A stretch of 64,000 bases of DNA from a bacterium (GCA_021817945.1 JAKAFL010000005.1:43387-107386), one strand, 5' to 3'. Positions 27,104-37,409 are shown, numbered from the stretch's first letter. The notes: generated by a model not told the origin, from the letters alone. Numbers and translations are program-made.

Positions 27104-28894
27104 TCAAGGCCCAGTCGGTGGGATGGTCAAATAAGCGGCTACAAATTGGTAAACTACGGGCGGGAATACAAAAACCCACCGATCCTGGTCCAATTGCACT
27201 GCGGCCAGGGCGGTATTTGCCCGGGGCAATTCAGCGCCAAATGCAACTGAGTCCCTGGTTCCATCCTTCAATTGAACCGTGATCTTCAGGTTGCCCGGCA
27301 TGAATCCTCCCTGCTTTTCCGGGATATTCCGCCCCATCCAGCCCCATGCTTTTAACTTACCCAGCCGGTGTGCCACTTCCTCCAAGGCCGGTGGGTTGAT
27401 GATGCCTTGTGATCCGGGGGCCAAAGACCAGTCGTTCACCCCATCCCTTATCAAGACCCGGGTTTTTCCGTTTTGTTCCAAAGTGATTCGGTCCACGTTG
27501 GTTTCTGAAAAATCCCAAATCCTACGGTCGCGGAAAAACCAGGGACTCTCGTAGAGTCGCGCCTGGTTGTAATCATCCAAGGCAATGGAATAAACCGAGG
27601 TTTCATCGCTTCGTCGCACATAGACTGCGTTGGACTCCATCTGGCCAAAGAAAATCCGCGTTGTATCCTCGTTGGTGCCAGCGCCTCCGCAAACGATGGA
27701 AATTTGATTGGTGGCCGAATCATCATCCAATCCAAAACCCTTTAAATCCGTGGCTGTGTTGTTGTCTTTTACAAAGGCCTTTATTCTCAGCCCGGCCAGG
27801 ATTTTCAGGAAATCCCCCACCGTGTCCGGATCCACAGGCAGGCTTTGGCCAGCCATCCGCCAGGCATTCGACCCGGCAAGCTGAAGTGTGAATGGAGAGG
27901 CCCCTGCAACGTGGATTTCGTTGACGGGCCTTGTGATTTCCATCAGATAGGGGTCCCTGAAATCATTGACCGCACCCCGCCACATGGCAAAGGCCGCCTC
28001 CGGCACGGTGGCCACCTGGTCATAGCGCGCTCGTTTTACATAAACCAATCCATTCGTGCCCGGGACGGCGCCGCCCAAGTCCATCCCGTCCGGCTCTTCT
28101 GTGCCTCGAAACAACCGGATGCTTAGACTTGGCGGATTCAACCCGTAAACGGAAGGATCCGCCCCGGATCCATCCCCCACAAAGGAGGTGACCTGCGTGG
28201 AACGCAGTTTTTCCAGTGCGGTGGTGATTTCCTCATTATCGGCCCGGGCCTCCAACGGACGGGTCATCCTCCACATGTGGCTTTCCGGGTCATGCTTCAA
28301 TTCCATTGCTTTCACCCCATTGGTGATATCCAAAACATCAAAGTCTGCCTGGTCCCGAAGCAAAGAGGTATCGCGCCACTCTTCCTCGCGGGTCGGCAGG
28401 GCCTGAAGCCAGGATGCATCTGTCACAAAGACCCCTGGCTGCCCTTCCACCTGTACAAAAACCTGATCCCCCGGTGCCGTTCGGTTACCGACAATCAAAC
28501 GCCATTGTTGGGAACCCGCCTCAAGTTTTATCGTGAATTGGGGGGAATCAAAGCCGTAAGTTGCGTTCATATGCCCGGGGTCCTGCATCTCCCCGGATCC
28601 CAAATGAGAGGCGGGCGTGATGGCGCCCAGTTGTTTCAGCAGGTATCCAATGGCTTGGTTTAGGGCTGGATACACCCTCGGGTTTTCGAGACGCCACTGG
28701 CCTTGATTCAGCCCGGCTTGGATGGCTTGGGAACCGGCGGGAATGATTTCCACTTTCGTCACGGCATCGGCTTGGAATCCGGGCAGCAATGCAGGCTCGA
28801 TCACTTTTCCAGCCCGGTGGTGGTGGTCCAGCCAGAGGGCGGAAAAAAGGACCGCCGCCAATAAAAACCAGAATGCTGTTGCGTTTGATTTCAT
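27104..28894 (-). CDS. DUF4340-like membrane-anchored protein (usual partner of GldG-type ABC auxiliary proteins)
   Basis: Start chosen at MKSNATAFWFLLAAVLFSALWL, which gives an ATGA overlap with the upstream gene. The call rests on gene context and size. The track ORF extends to 28966. Confidence 0.6.
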   Translation of the reverse strand: MKSNATAFWFLLAAVLFSALWLDHHHRAGKVIEPALLPGFQADAVTKVEIIPAGSQAIQAGLNQGQWRLENPRVYPALNQAIGYLLKQLGAITPASHLGSGEMQDPGHMNATYGFDSPQFTIKLEAGSQQWRLIVGNRTAPGDQVFVQVEGQPGVFVTDASWLQALPTREEEWRDTSLLRDQADFDVLDITNGVKAMELKHDPESHMWRMTRPLEARADNEEITTALEKLRSTQVTSFVGDGSGADPSVYGLNPPSLSIRLFRGTEEPDGMDLGGAVPGTNGLVYVKRARYDQVATVPEAAFAMWRGAVNDFRDPYLMEITRPVNEIHVAGASPFTLQLAGSNAWRMAGQSLPVDPDTVGDFLKILAGLRIKAFVKDNNTATDLKGFGLDDDSATNQISIVCGGAGTNEDTTRIFFGQMESNAVYVRRSDETSVYSIALDDYNQARLYESPWFFRDRRIWDFSETNVDRITLEQNGKTRVLIRDGVNDWSLAPGSQGIINPPALEEVAHRLGKLKAWGWMGRNIPEKQGGFMPGNLKITVQLKDGTRDSVAFGAELPRANTALAAVQLDQDRWVFVFPPVVYQFVAAYLTIPPTGP

Positions 28895-30396
28895 TTTCTT
28901 CGCACCAGCCAAACCAACCAACCAATAAAAAGCACCCCGCCCGGAAGGCCTGCCAGCAGAGCCCAATCCAACTGCCTGGCCTGTGCGCGGGTCAGAACCA
29001 GCCGATACTCCGTCACCGGCGTGGGATTGATTCCAGAAAGCAGCTCTTCACGATCCAAAAGCCAGTTGACCGCGTAATTCAAAAAATCACGGTTGGCGGC
29101 GGCATCTATGATCTGGTTGTCCAAAAACACGGAATCGCCCACCGCCACGATCCTCGTGATTCCACGGACCTGCGTTCGACCCGCCACGACCTTGGCTTGC
29201 GAGGCAGCGACCAAGGGATACCGGCGCCGGGTGGCGGAGGGATCACCCGCCAGGGTGGATTGGCCGCTTGAAAAAGCCAGCTCATCCACTTGCGGCGGAT
29301 TGGCGGGTGGCGTGGCCCAGTTGACCGCAGCGATTGGCCGGGGTAAAACCATTTCCAAGGCCAGTTGCGTGAGCGGGTTGACAAAACTTTTGGGATTAAA
29401 ATCACGCACCACCACCACTTGGTCTCCGATGGAATTATCCGGGTCCTTGACATATCCAGGCACTGCATTAATGCCCCATTGTTGCAGTATCGGCTCCAAC
29501 CCAATCGAGACATTCAAGGATTCATAATTGAGAAGCGCCAGCAACTTGCCACCCTGGCTAAGGTAACGATCAATTTTTTGAAGCTCGGTCGGATCCAGCG
29601 CCCGTATCGGTGCGGCAATGATCAGCAGGGCGCAATCCATGGGCACTTCCCCACTGCCCAGCAGCTCCAGATTTGTCACCTGAAGATCATTTTGGGCCAG
29701 GGCCAGCCCGAATTTGGCATATCCGGGTTCTGTGGTGTCAGACAGCGAGGCCTCTCCGTGCCCCTGAACATAATAGGCCCGCAAAGGCTGGACATGGGCC
29801 AGAGCCAGCAATTTGGAGGTGAACATGACCTCTCCATTGAAGGCAACGGGTTTTTTGCGAAACTGCAGTTCTTTCTGGTCCGGATCATCGGGGGCGGTTC
29901 GTTCCAGGCGATATTTTACAATCGCCTCGCCGGGAACGTAATCATGCTGTTTGCCGCTTGAAAAAATGACCAGATCCTTGTTCGGAGGGGCGTTGGGACT
30001 TTCCGGGGTTCCAGGCAAATCAAATTCTTTCTTCACCTTCTCCGCTTCGCCTGGGTCCCGCTCATAATCCACCGTGCGAACGATGATATTGGGGTTGGCT
30101 TCATGGTATTCACAGGCAAGCGCATAGAGCGTGGAATAAAAATTGGCCGAATCCTGGGTGTCATAGTAAAGGGTCACGGTCACCTGATTGGTGATGGAAT
30201 TTACAATGGCCAGAGAGCGGGAGGAGAGGGCGACGTGGGTCTGTGAACTGAGGTAAAAACGATGGTAATACCGGCTGGCGAAGACATTAACCATGATCAC
30301 AGTGGCCAGGACGATCAGGCAACGCACCATCCTGTCCATGCCGGTCTTCCACCGTTGGATGCGGGCGAAGCTGGGTGGACCTTGGGGGCGGCTCAT
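28891..30396 (-). CDS. GldG-like ABC-transporter auxiliary component (ABC_transp_aux family)
   Basis: 501 aa. N- and C-terminal TM anchors flank a large periplasmic domain (VTVTLYYD..., YYVQGHGE, LLIIAAP...L, IVAVGDSVFLDN, ANRDFLNYAVNWL). Confidence 0.8.
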   Translation of the reverse strand: MSRPQGPPSFARIQRWKTGMDRMVRCLIVLATVIMVNVFASRYYHRFYLSSQTHVALSSRSLAIVNSITNQVTVTLYYDTQDSANFYSTLYALACEYHEANPNIIVRTVDYERDPGEAEKVKKEFDLPGTPESPNAPPNKDLVIFSSGKQHDYVPGEAIVKYRLERTAPDDPDQKELQFRKKPVAFNGEVMFTSKLLALAHVQPLRAYYVQGHGEASLSDTTEPGYAKFGLALAQNDLQVTNLELLGSGEVPMDCALLIIAAPIRALDPTELQKIDRYLSQGGKLLALLNYESLNVSIGLEPILQQWGINAVPGYVKDPDNSIGDQVVVVRDFNPKSFVNPLTQLALEMVLPRPIAAVNWATPPANPPQVDELAFSSGQSTLAGDPSATRRRYPLVAASQAKVVAGRTQVRGITRIVAVGDSVFLDNQIIDAAANRDFLNYAVNWLLDREELLSGINPTPVTEYRLVLTRAQARQLDWALLAGLPGGVLFIGWLVWLVRRK

Positions 30397-30397
30397 G

Positions 30398-31150
30398 TCA
30401 TTTCCAGCGGCGGCTTTCCAGCACGCGCAAATTTAAAAACAAAAAGAAAAAAGTGGTCGAAAGCGAAAACACCACCGCCCGCGAGTCCACCGCGCCCCTG
30501 GCAAAATCATGCATCTGGTCAAACAGGTTGAAGGTTGAGATGGCCTGGGTTTGCCAGTGGTCATTCACCGGCGCTGATTTGGCAAGGTAAGCCAGCGAAA
30601 AAAGACTCACGCCCAGCACAAAACTGATGATCGCGGACATGACCTGGGTTTGGGACATGGCCGATGCCAGGCACCCCAGGGAAATGAATACTGCGCCGAG
30701 CAGCAGTATGCCCAGGTACACGCCCCCCACGGTCCCCGGGTCCAAGGCGGCGGTCTGACTGGTAAAATGCCGCACCACCAGCAGGCAGCCCATGAGCGGC
30801 AGCCAGGAAACCATGTAAAAAGACAAGGCCGCCGTGAATTTTGCCGCCACCACCTGCAAATCCCCCACCGGCGTGGTCATGAGTGTCTCGAACGTGCCGC
30901 TCGCCTTTTCATGGGCAAACAGGCGCATTGTGATGACCGGCGCTCCGAGCAGCAGAATGAGCCAGAAATAGAATGTGCTGTAAAACATCTCCGTGACCGG
31001 CTCGGTAAAGGGGTCATTGCCCACCCCGGCAACCAGTACCACAAAGCTCAGCCCCACCAGCAAGGTCATGGCAGCAATGATCACGTAACCTTGAAAAGAC
31101 AAAAAAAAGCTGGCCAGTTCCCGCCTCAAAAGTGTCCAGAACACCCTCAT
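30398..31150 (-). CDS. ABC-2 type transporter permease (GldF-like)
   Basis: 250 aa, six predicted TM segments. Begins MRVFWTLLRRELASFFLSFQGYVIIA. Confidence 0.8.
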   Translation of the reverse strand: MRVFWTLLRRELASFFLSFQGYVIIAAMTLLVGLSFVVLVAGVGNDPFTEPVTEMFYSTFYFWLILLLGAPVITMRLFAHEKASGTFETLMTTPVGDLQVVAAKFTAALSFYMVSWLPLMGCLLVVRHFTSQTAALDPGTVGGVYLGILLLGAVFISLGCLASAMSQTQVMSAIISFVLGVSLFSLAYLAKSAPVNDHWQTQAISTFNLFDQMHDFARGAVDSRAVVFSLSTTFFFLFLNLRVLESRRWK

Positions 31151-32109
31151 TCCAGATCCTCCGTCCCAGGCTGGGTCACTTGCACGTAGATATCCTCAAG
31201 CGAATACCGGCTTCGTGTCAGTTCCCGCAGCATCCAGCCCTGCCGCCACGCCATTTGATAAATCGCCGGGCGCAGGTCGCTTCCGTTCGAACCCGTCAGG
31301 GCGCATCGAAAAAACGCCCCGTCCGTTGGTGAAACATCCCAGCGCTCCACTTCCATTAATTGATCCAGGGCCTGGCGCAAATCCGGTTCCGGGGCTGCTA
31401 TTTCTGCAATGACCTGGCTGCCGCCAGACATGCGCCTCTGCAAATTCTCAGGCGTGTCCGAGGCCAGAACCTTTCCGCCAAACATGATTAAAACCCGCCC
31501 GCACATCATTTCCACCTCCGGCAAAATGTGCGTGGATATCAAAACGGTATGGTGTCCGGCCAGATTTTTGATCAAAGCCCGCACCGAACGAATTTGTTGC
31601 GGATCCAAACCTATGGTTGGTTCATCCAGAATGATCAGTTCCGGCTCATGCACCAGGGCATCCGCCAGCCCCACCCTTTGCTTATAGCCTTTTGACAACT
31701 GGCCAATCACCCTGCTGCAAACGTCTCCTAAACCGCATTGCTCGATCACGACCTGCACGCGCCTTCGGGATTCACGCCAGCCCAACCCCTTGAGCCTGGC
31801 CCGGAATTTCAGGTATTCGCGCACCCTCATCTCAGGGTGCAAAGGATTGTTCTCAGGCATGTACCCAATCCTTCGTCGCACGGCGTCCGCTTCGTGGGCG
31901 ACATCAAACCCGCCAATGCGCACGCTGCCACTTGTTCCCGGGAGAAAACCTGAAAGCATGCGCATGGTGGTGCTTTTGCCCGCCCCGTTTGGCCCCAGCA
32001 AACCCACAATCTCCCCCCGGGCCACTGTAAATGAAATGTCATTTACCGCAGTCCTGCCGCCGTAACGCTTGGTCAGGTGGTTGACCTCGATCATGTGCCT
32101 GCCGTCCAT
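31147..32109 (-). CDS. ABC transporter ATP-binding protein (GldA-like)
   Basis: Walker A GPNGAGKST, signature LSKGYKQR, Walker B LIILDEPT. Start chosen at the ATG at 32109, preceded by AGGGA. An alternative ATG is at 32094. The track ORF extends to 32268. Confidence 0.88.
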   Translation of the reverse strand: MDGRHMIEVNHLTKRYGGRTAVNDISFTVARGEIVGLLGPNGAGKSTTMRMLSGFLPGTSGSVRIGGFDVAHEADAVRRRIGYMPENNPLHPEMRVREYLKFRARLKGLGWRESRRRVQVVIEQCGLGDVCSRVIGQLSKGYKQRVGLADALVHEPELIILDEPTIGLDPQQIRSVRALIKNLAGHHTVLISTHILPEVEMMCGRVLIMFGGKVLASDTPENLQRRMSGGSQVIAEIAAPEPDLRQALDQLMEVERWDVSPTDGAFFRCALTGSNGSDLRPAIYQMAWRQGWMLRELTRSRYSLEDIYVQVTQPGTEDLE

Positions 32110-32342
32110 TTTCCCTGCCAGGAAATATACGCAAATTCCACGGGGTCTGGCGAATAAAATTTCCCATCGCCATGCCCTTGCCCTGGCTGCGGCATTCATT
32201 CCCATCTCCGGCAGGCTGGCAACCCGCCTGCACAACCGGACGGCTTGACACAAGCCCCGCTCCATCAAAAAATCCGTTCGTGCAATCTCAACTCCATGAG
32301 TTTTATTCAGCCTGGCGACAGCGATTGAGGCTGCCCGACCAA

Positions 32343-33773
32343 ATGAGTGATGGCGGCAAGGCGCCCCCGGAGAAACTGCTCCAGGCCATCTGGCAGCAAC
32401 AACGCCTTTCCCGTGACCGTCTCACCACCCTGGATGGGCGCAGACTGCGTGTGCTGCACCCGGGCTTTATCAGCCGGGAAGGTGGGCCGGATTTCCGCAA
32501 GGCCGTTCTCCAGTGGCAGGATGAGCCGCCTGTTTTTGGGGATGTGGAAATAGATTTGCAGGCGGCTGGCTGGCGGGCGCATGGGCATGATCAAAACCCG
32601 GCGTTCGAAAATGTGCGCCTGCAAGTGGTTTGGGAGCCTCCAGGAAAAATATCCACCGCCCTGCCCATCCTCTCTCTTGCCGATGTCCTGGATTGCCCGC
32701 TGGCTGAACTGGCCGCCACCCTCGATATGCGGGTCGGCCTGCCCGAGGTCTTTCAAGGACAATGCTCAGCCCCCTTGCGCGGACTTTCCCAGGAACAAAT
32801 TTCAACCCTCCTCGAAGCCGCATCGCTTACTCGTTTCCAAAATCGAGCCCAAGCCATCCTTGCCCGGTCCCGCCAAGCCGGTTGGGAATCAGCTTTTTGG
32901 GAGTTTTTATTTCGTGCACTGGGTTATAAGCATAATGCCTGGCCCATGCAGCGCCTTGCTGAAACCCGCCCGGCATGGGATCACAATCTCTCTGCCGTCT
33001 GGGAATATCAGGCGCGCCTCCTTGGTTTAAGCGGGTTATTACCGCCAGAGTTAACCCAAAACCGGCCGACCTCCAATCTGTACGTCCGAAAAACCTGGGA
33101 TGCCTGGTGGCGCGAGCGGGATGCTCATGCGGACCATCAACTACCCCGCTCCATTTGGCATCTCCAAGGATTGCGGCCCGCCAACCATCCGCAGCGACGC
33201 CTGGCTTTGGCTGCCCATTGGCTCGCCAATCCCAACCTGATTGCCCGTATCGAGAATTGGGCCACCTCTTCAATCGCCCAGAACCCCTGGGACAGTCCAT
33301 CTGCAGCCCACACCCAACATGATCAGCACCCCCTCAAACTCATGGAAATCCTGCAAGTTATCGAGGACGAATTTTGGTCCTGGCATTGGACTTTCAAATC
33401 TCCGCGGCTTGAAATTCCCCAGCCTTTGCTGGGCGAAGCCCGTCTTACCGACCTTGCCATCAATGTCATCCTTCCTTGGCTTTGGGTCCGGGCACGGGAG
33501 GGGGGCAACGCTCTATTGATGCGGGAAATGGAAGCGCGTTATCTCACCTGGCCCGCCTCCGAAGATAATGCCCGCTTAAAAATGGCGCGACAACGTCTGC
33601 TTGGATCCCGCCCTCCAACGCGTCTCCGTCATGCCTTCGAACAACAAGGACTGCTGCAAATCATGTCCGATTTTTGCGACCAATCCAATTCGCTCTGCGA
33701 TCATTGCATTTTTCCGGAAATGATCAGGGGTTTGCACGTCTGTGCACAGGATCAGTCCAAAAATGACAGGTAG
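32343..33773 (+). CDS. DUF2851 family protein
   Basis: The N-terminal block LLQAIWQQQRL...LTTLDGRRLRVLHPGFISREGGPDFRKAVL...GDVEIDLQAAGWRAHGHDQNPAFENVRLQVVWE matches the DUF2851 pattern I recall from Bacteroidota homologues. Start at the internal ATG (MSDGG...). Confidence 0.7.
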   Translation: MSDGGKAPPEKLLQAIWQQQRLSRDRLTTLDGRRLRVLHPGFISREGGPDFRKAVLQWQDEPPVFGDVEIDLQAAGWRAHGHDQNPAFENVRLQVVWEPPGKISTALPILSLADVLDCPLAELAATLDMRVGLPEVFQGQCSAPLRGLSQEQISTLLEAASLTRFQNRAQAILARSRQAGWESAFWEFLFRALGYKHNAWPMQRLAETRPAWDHNLSAVWEYQARLLGLSGLLPPELTQNRPTSNLYVRKTWDAWWRERDAHADHQLPRSIWHLQGLRPANHPQRRLALAAHWLANPNLIARIENWATSSIAQNPWDSPSAAHTQHDQHPLKLMEILQVIEDEFWSWHWTFKSPRLEIPQPLLGEARLTDLAINVILPWLWVRAREGGNALLMREMEARYLTWPASEDNARLKMARQRLLGSRPPTRLRHAFEQQGLLQIMSDFCDQSNSLCDHCIFPEMIRGLHVCAQDQSKNDR

Positions 33774-33909
33774 GGGCGGCCCAGGCCAAAAGCTAAAAGC
33801 CCTGGTGCAGTGAAGGAGGGCCTTAACGAACAATTCGAACAATTTCGACGAACCGTCAACGACCAGGAATTCCGCATAAAAGCCCGCAAAGAGGCTTGAC
33901 GGAACCAAG

Positions 33910-34689
33910 TCAGCTCAGCTCAATGGCAGCAAAAGGATTATTCAATCCACCACTCGCAGGTTGGCTTGAAATTTGAACCTTGCCCTTGGGCTGGGTTGAT
34001 GAACTGGCCGGTCCAGGGGAGTGGGCGGGTTTGCCGGCCTGTATTTTTTCCTGGGGCAATGGCTTGGCCAATTCTCCGGATTGGGGAATTGGGCCGCCGC
34101 TGGTTTCCCCTTCCAAGAGGCGCGGGTTTTTAGCCCGCTTGCTTCGTGGCAGCGGACTGATCATCAGGTTGATGGCGCGGCCCACCAGTTTGGGTTCAAA
34201 ATCCGGGTGCCCATAGGGAGCTATCGAGGCAATGAATTTTTGGATTACTTCAAATCCGACCTCGGTGTGAGCCATTTCACGCCCACGAAACTTGAGCGCC
34301 ACCTTCACTTTCATGTCCTCGCACAAAAAATCAATGGCGTGGGAAATCTTGATTCCCAAGTCATGCGGGTCAATTCGTGGACTCAACTGGACTTCCTTGA
34401 CCGTGGAGGCGTGTTGGTGCTTTTTGGATTCTTTTTCCTTTTTGGCTATCTCATACCTGTATTTGCCAAAATCCACCAAACGACACACGGGCGGATTGGC
34501 GGTTGCCGCCACTTCCACCAAATCCACGCCATGTTGCCGGGCCATGTTGATGGCTTCCGTAAGGGAAATCACCCCAATCTGATTGCCGTCCACACCGATC
34601 ACCCGCACCTCGCGTGCACGGATTTTGCCGTTCACCCGGACGAACGAAGCAGGCGATGGATTTCTGGAAGAGGGGAAAGGCCGACTCAA
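33910..34689 (-). CDS. infC: Translation initiation factor IF-3 with a ~75-aa low-complexity C-terminal extension
   Basis: Core VRVNGKIRAREVRVIGVDGNQIGVISLTEAINMARQHGVDLVEVAATANPPVCRLVDFGKYRYE...VALKFRGREMAH. The track start is a TTG, and the true start codon is uncertain. Confidence 0.88.
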   Translation of the reverse strand: MSRPFPSSRNPSPASFVRVNGKIRAREVRVIGVDGNQIGVISLTEAINMARQHGVDLVEVAATANPPVCRLVDFGKYRYEIAKKEKESKKHQHASTVKEVQLSPRIDPHDLGIKISHAIDFLCEDMKVKVALKFRGREMAHTEVGFEVIQKFIASIAPYGHPDFEPKLVGRAINLMISPLPRSKRAKNPRLLEGETSGGPIPQSGELAKPLPQEKIQAGKPAHSPGPASSSTQPKGKVQISSQPASGGLNNPFAAIELS

Positions 34690-34867
34690 GCGAACCTCTC
34701 CGGTTGAAACTGAAGCATGGATGGATACATCAAAACGAGCAGACTCATTGGACCCACAAACTCAAACTTTTAATCGTCAAACTTGTCATCAATATTCGAG
34801 CCAAGCTAAACAGTAATAGATGAAAATGCAAGCAAATAATGCCTGTTTCACGAATTGTTAACGTATT

Positions 34868-35386
34868 TTAATGGTGCGGACGAAATATGCGCTGCCGGTT
34901 TTTATAGAGGTATAATACAATTAAAACGTTGATTATCAACACAATAAATATTGCTTCCTTGGGGTGATTCAGCATTCTATGGGGGTGCATTTCACTGTCC
35001 ATGGAGTGTGGCCGGACCAATTCGAATATCTCGATGGGAATGAAGAAGAAGGATTCCCCGATTGCGAGCCACACGGCCCAAGGAACTCGAAACGCCAGGC
35101 CTACGCCTCCCACGGTTTTAAACAGGCCATACAAAATCAGCCACGATGCCAAGCTATGAACATTGCGGGGTGTCACGGTTTCCAGTTGATCGCTGATGGC
35201 GTTGAAAAAACGTCCTTCAGGATCCATGTGGATCCATCGAATACATTGATCAAACAGATCTGGAAGGTTTTGCTTGGCCAGCAAATAGACGCTGACGCCC
35301 GTCACGAGCAGGACCATTCCTTCCACTAATTTGCCGATCACAATCAAATAAAGCGTGGGGGCTTTTTTGGGTTGGGCGGATTCCAT
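34868..35386 (-). CDS. DUF2127-like small integral membrane protein
   Basis: Four hydrophobic segments (LYLIVIGKLVEGMVLLVTGVSVYLL ...). Start at the internal ATG (MESAQPKK), 14 nt after the glyQS stop. Confidence 0.55.
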   Translation of the reverse strand: MESAQPKKAPTLYLIVIGKLVEGMVLLVTGVSVYLLAKQNLPDLFDQCIRWIHMDPEGRFFNAISDQLETVTPRNVHSLASWLILYGLFKTVGGVGLAFRVPWAVWLAIGESFFFIPIEIFELVRPHSMDSEMHPHRMLNHPKEAIFIVLIINVLIVLYLYKNRQRIFRPHH

Positions 35387-35399
35387 TTGGTTACGGGGA

Positions 35400-37205
35400 T
35401 CAACGTATCTTTGCCGACAAGAAATCCGCCAGTTGGTGGATTTGGATGCGTTCCTGGCTGCCATCATCCCGGTGGCGCACGGTTACGGTTTCGGCCAGTT
35501 CCGGCTTCTCGCCCAATGTGTCAAAGTCTATGGTCACGCAAAAGGGTGTCCCGGCTTCATCCTGCCTGGCGTAGCGGCGGCCAATGGATCCGGCCTCATC
35601 GTAAAAGACATTCATCAGGGGCAAAAGACGTTCCCGCACTTCCCGTGCTTTTCGAACCAGTTCCGGTTTGTTTTTCAAAAGCGGCAGGACGCAGACTTTG
35701 ATGGGCGCTATGCGGGGATGAAATTTCATCACCACCCGGGTCTCAGTCTTGCCATCATCGTTTGTTGCCGTGATTTCCGTATAGGCCTTCGTTAAGAGAG
35801 CCAGGATCAAGCGGTCCACACCGGCGCTGGGCTCGATCACGTGAGGGATATACTGGCCACGAGCCAGTCCATCTGCGTCTGCTGCGGCCTGCCGCATGGA
35901 TTCCTCCGCTCCCACGCCGGATTTTTGCAAATAGTTTTTGCGGTGATCGAGGTAGTTTTGGCGCAATTTCTCCTGCCGGTCCTTGGGCAGCTTGCCCCAG
36001 GCCACCCGCAGGGCCTCATCAAACACCCCCATGGGCTTGCCGGAAAATCGCTGATGCTGGCTCAGGTCAAAATCGCTGCGGGCGGCAATTCCCTCCAGCT
36101 CATCCCCAGCCACTTCGCCACGGTCATTTTTTTTGCTGAAGGGGAACTTGAACAGAATGTCCACACAAGCCCGGGCATAATGCGCCAGTTCCTCCCGCGT
36201 TTGATGGTGAAAACCCATGCTGGCCCGGTCCAATCCTATCCCTTCATAAAACCGCACCCTTTCTTCCACCCAATAACGGTGCCAGGCCTGCCAACCCCAG
36301 TCCGGTTGTGGATCGCCGGGATGTCCCGTTTCCGGCGCCATGGCCACCCTTCCGTGTATGGCCTCCACCACCTCATCCGGCTGGATGAAAAATTCCAGCT
36401 CCATTTGCTCAAATTCCCTTGATCGAAAAGTATAGTTTCGCGGGGTTACCTCGTTGCGAAAGGCCTTTCCCATCTGGGCAATGCCAAAGGGCACTTTTTG
36501 ACGGGAAGTCTCCAGGACATTCTTAAATTGTGCAAAAATGGCCTGCGCGGTCTCGGGCCTCAAATATGCCGTGTTTTCCGTGCTTTCCACCGGCCCCACG
36601 TAGGTCTTGAACATCAGGTTGAATGGACGCGGTTCGGTCAGCAAACTGCCATTTTCCGGATTGAACCGGGTTGTCCCCTCCACGCGTTCGGTAGTCTCCC
36701 CGGTCAATTCCACCATCTCCGGCAGCCCCAAACCGCGCAATGAATAATAGGCCTGTGCAGTCTTGCGTGCGCTCTCAGCAGGTTTGCCAGTCATCAGCAT
36801 GACGGAGTAAGGCTCTCCCAAGGTCTGCCCACTCTCCCGATTCCTCGCACCGCCAAAATGATAAACCGTCCCGCTCTGAGGTTCAATCTGGTCCGCCCTG
36901 AAACGTTTCCGCGTCAGCAGACAATCGCACATGGGATCGCTGAAGGTATCCACGTGCCCGCTCGCCCTCCAAATTTCCGGCGCCATGATGATCGTGGCTT
37001 CCAACCCCACCACATCCTCACGCTGCCGCGTCATCGCCTGCCACCACGCCTCCTTGACGTTGCGCTTCAGCTCCGCTCCCATCGGGCCGTAATCCCAAAA
37101 TCCATTGATGCCCCCGTAAATCTCGGAGGATTGAAAAATAAACCCGCGGCGCTTGCACAACGATGCAATGCGTTCCATCAAGGCAATCTCTTTTGGTTCA
37201 GACAT
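35400..37205 (-). CDS. glyQS: Glycine--tRNA ligase (homodimeric class II type)
   Basis: 601 aa. MSEPKEIALMERIASLCKRRGFIFQSSEIYGGINGFWDYGPMGAELKRNVKEAWW..., a long insertion, and the class II motif-3 region ...GTPFCVTIDFDT. Confidence 0.9.
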   Translation of the reverse strand: MSEPKEIALMERIASLCKRRGFIFQSSEIYGGINGFWDYGPMGAELKRNVKEAWWQAMTRQREDVVGLEATIIMAPEIWRASGHVDTFSDPMCDCLLTRKRFRADQIEPQSGTVYHFGGARNRESGQTLGEPYSVMLMTGKPAESARKTAQAYYSLRGLGLPEMVELTGETTERVEGTTRFNPENGSLLTEPRPFNLMFKTYVGPVESTENTAYLRPETAQAIFAQFKNVLETSRQKVPFGIAQMGKAFRNEVTPRNYTFRSREFEQMELEFFIQPDEVVEAIHGRVAMAPETGHPGDPQPDWGWQAWHRYWVEERVRFYEGIGLDRASMGFHHQTREELAHYARACVDILFKFPFSKKNDRGEVAGDELEGIAARSDFDLSQHQRFSGKPMGVFDEALRVAWGKLPKDRQEKLRQNYLDHRKNYLQKSGVGAEESMRQAAADADGLARGQYIPHVIEPSAGVDRLILALLTKAYTEITATNDDGKTETRVVMKFHPRIAPIKVCVLPLLKNKPELVRKAREVRERLLPLMNVFYDEAGSIGRRYARQDEAGTPFCVTIDFDTLGEKPELAETVTVRHRDDGSQERIQIHQLADFLSAKIR

Positions 37206-37409
37206 TGGATTGGCAAGTGTTTGTGAATTGCATCAGAAAATCAACCTAGAAGCACGTGGCACGTTCTTGATTTTTAACCAAATCCTGAGTCTCCAACCGG
37301 GAAACACTTCGTCCTCCAATGAATTTGTTCAGACTGTTTTAGGTTCGAAGGATGCCTTTCACCGAGATTGGATCGGAAAAACGGGTAATAACCGGATGAG
37401 GAATGCGTG

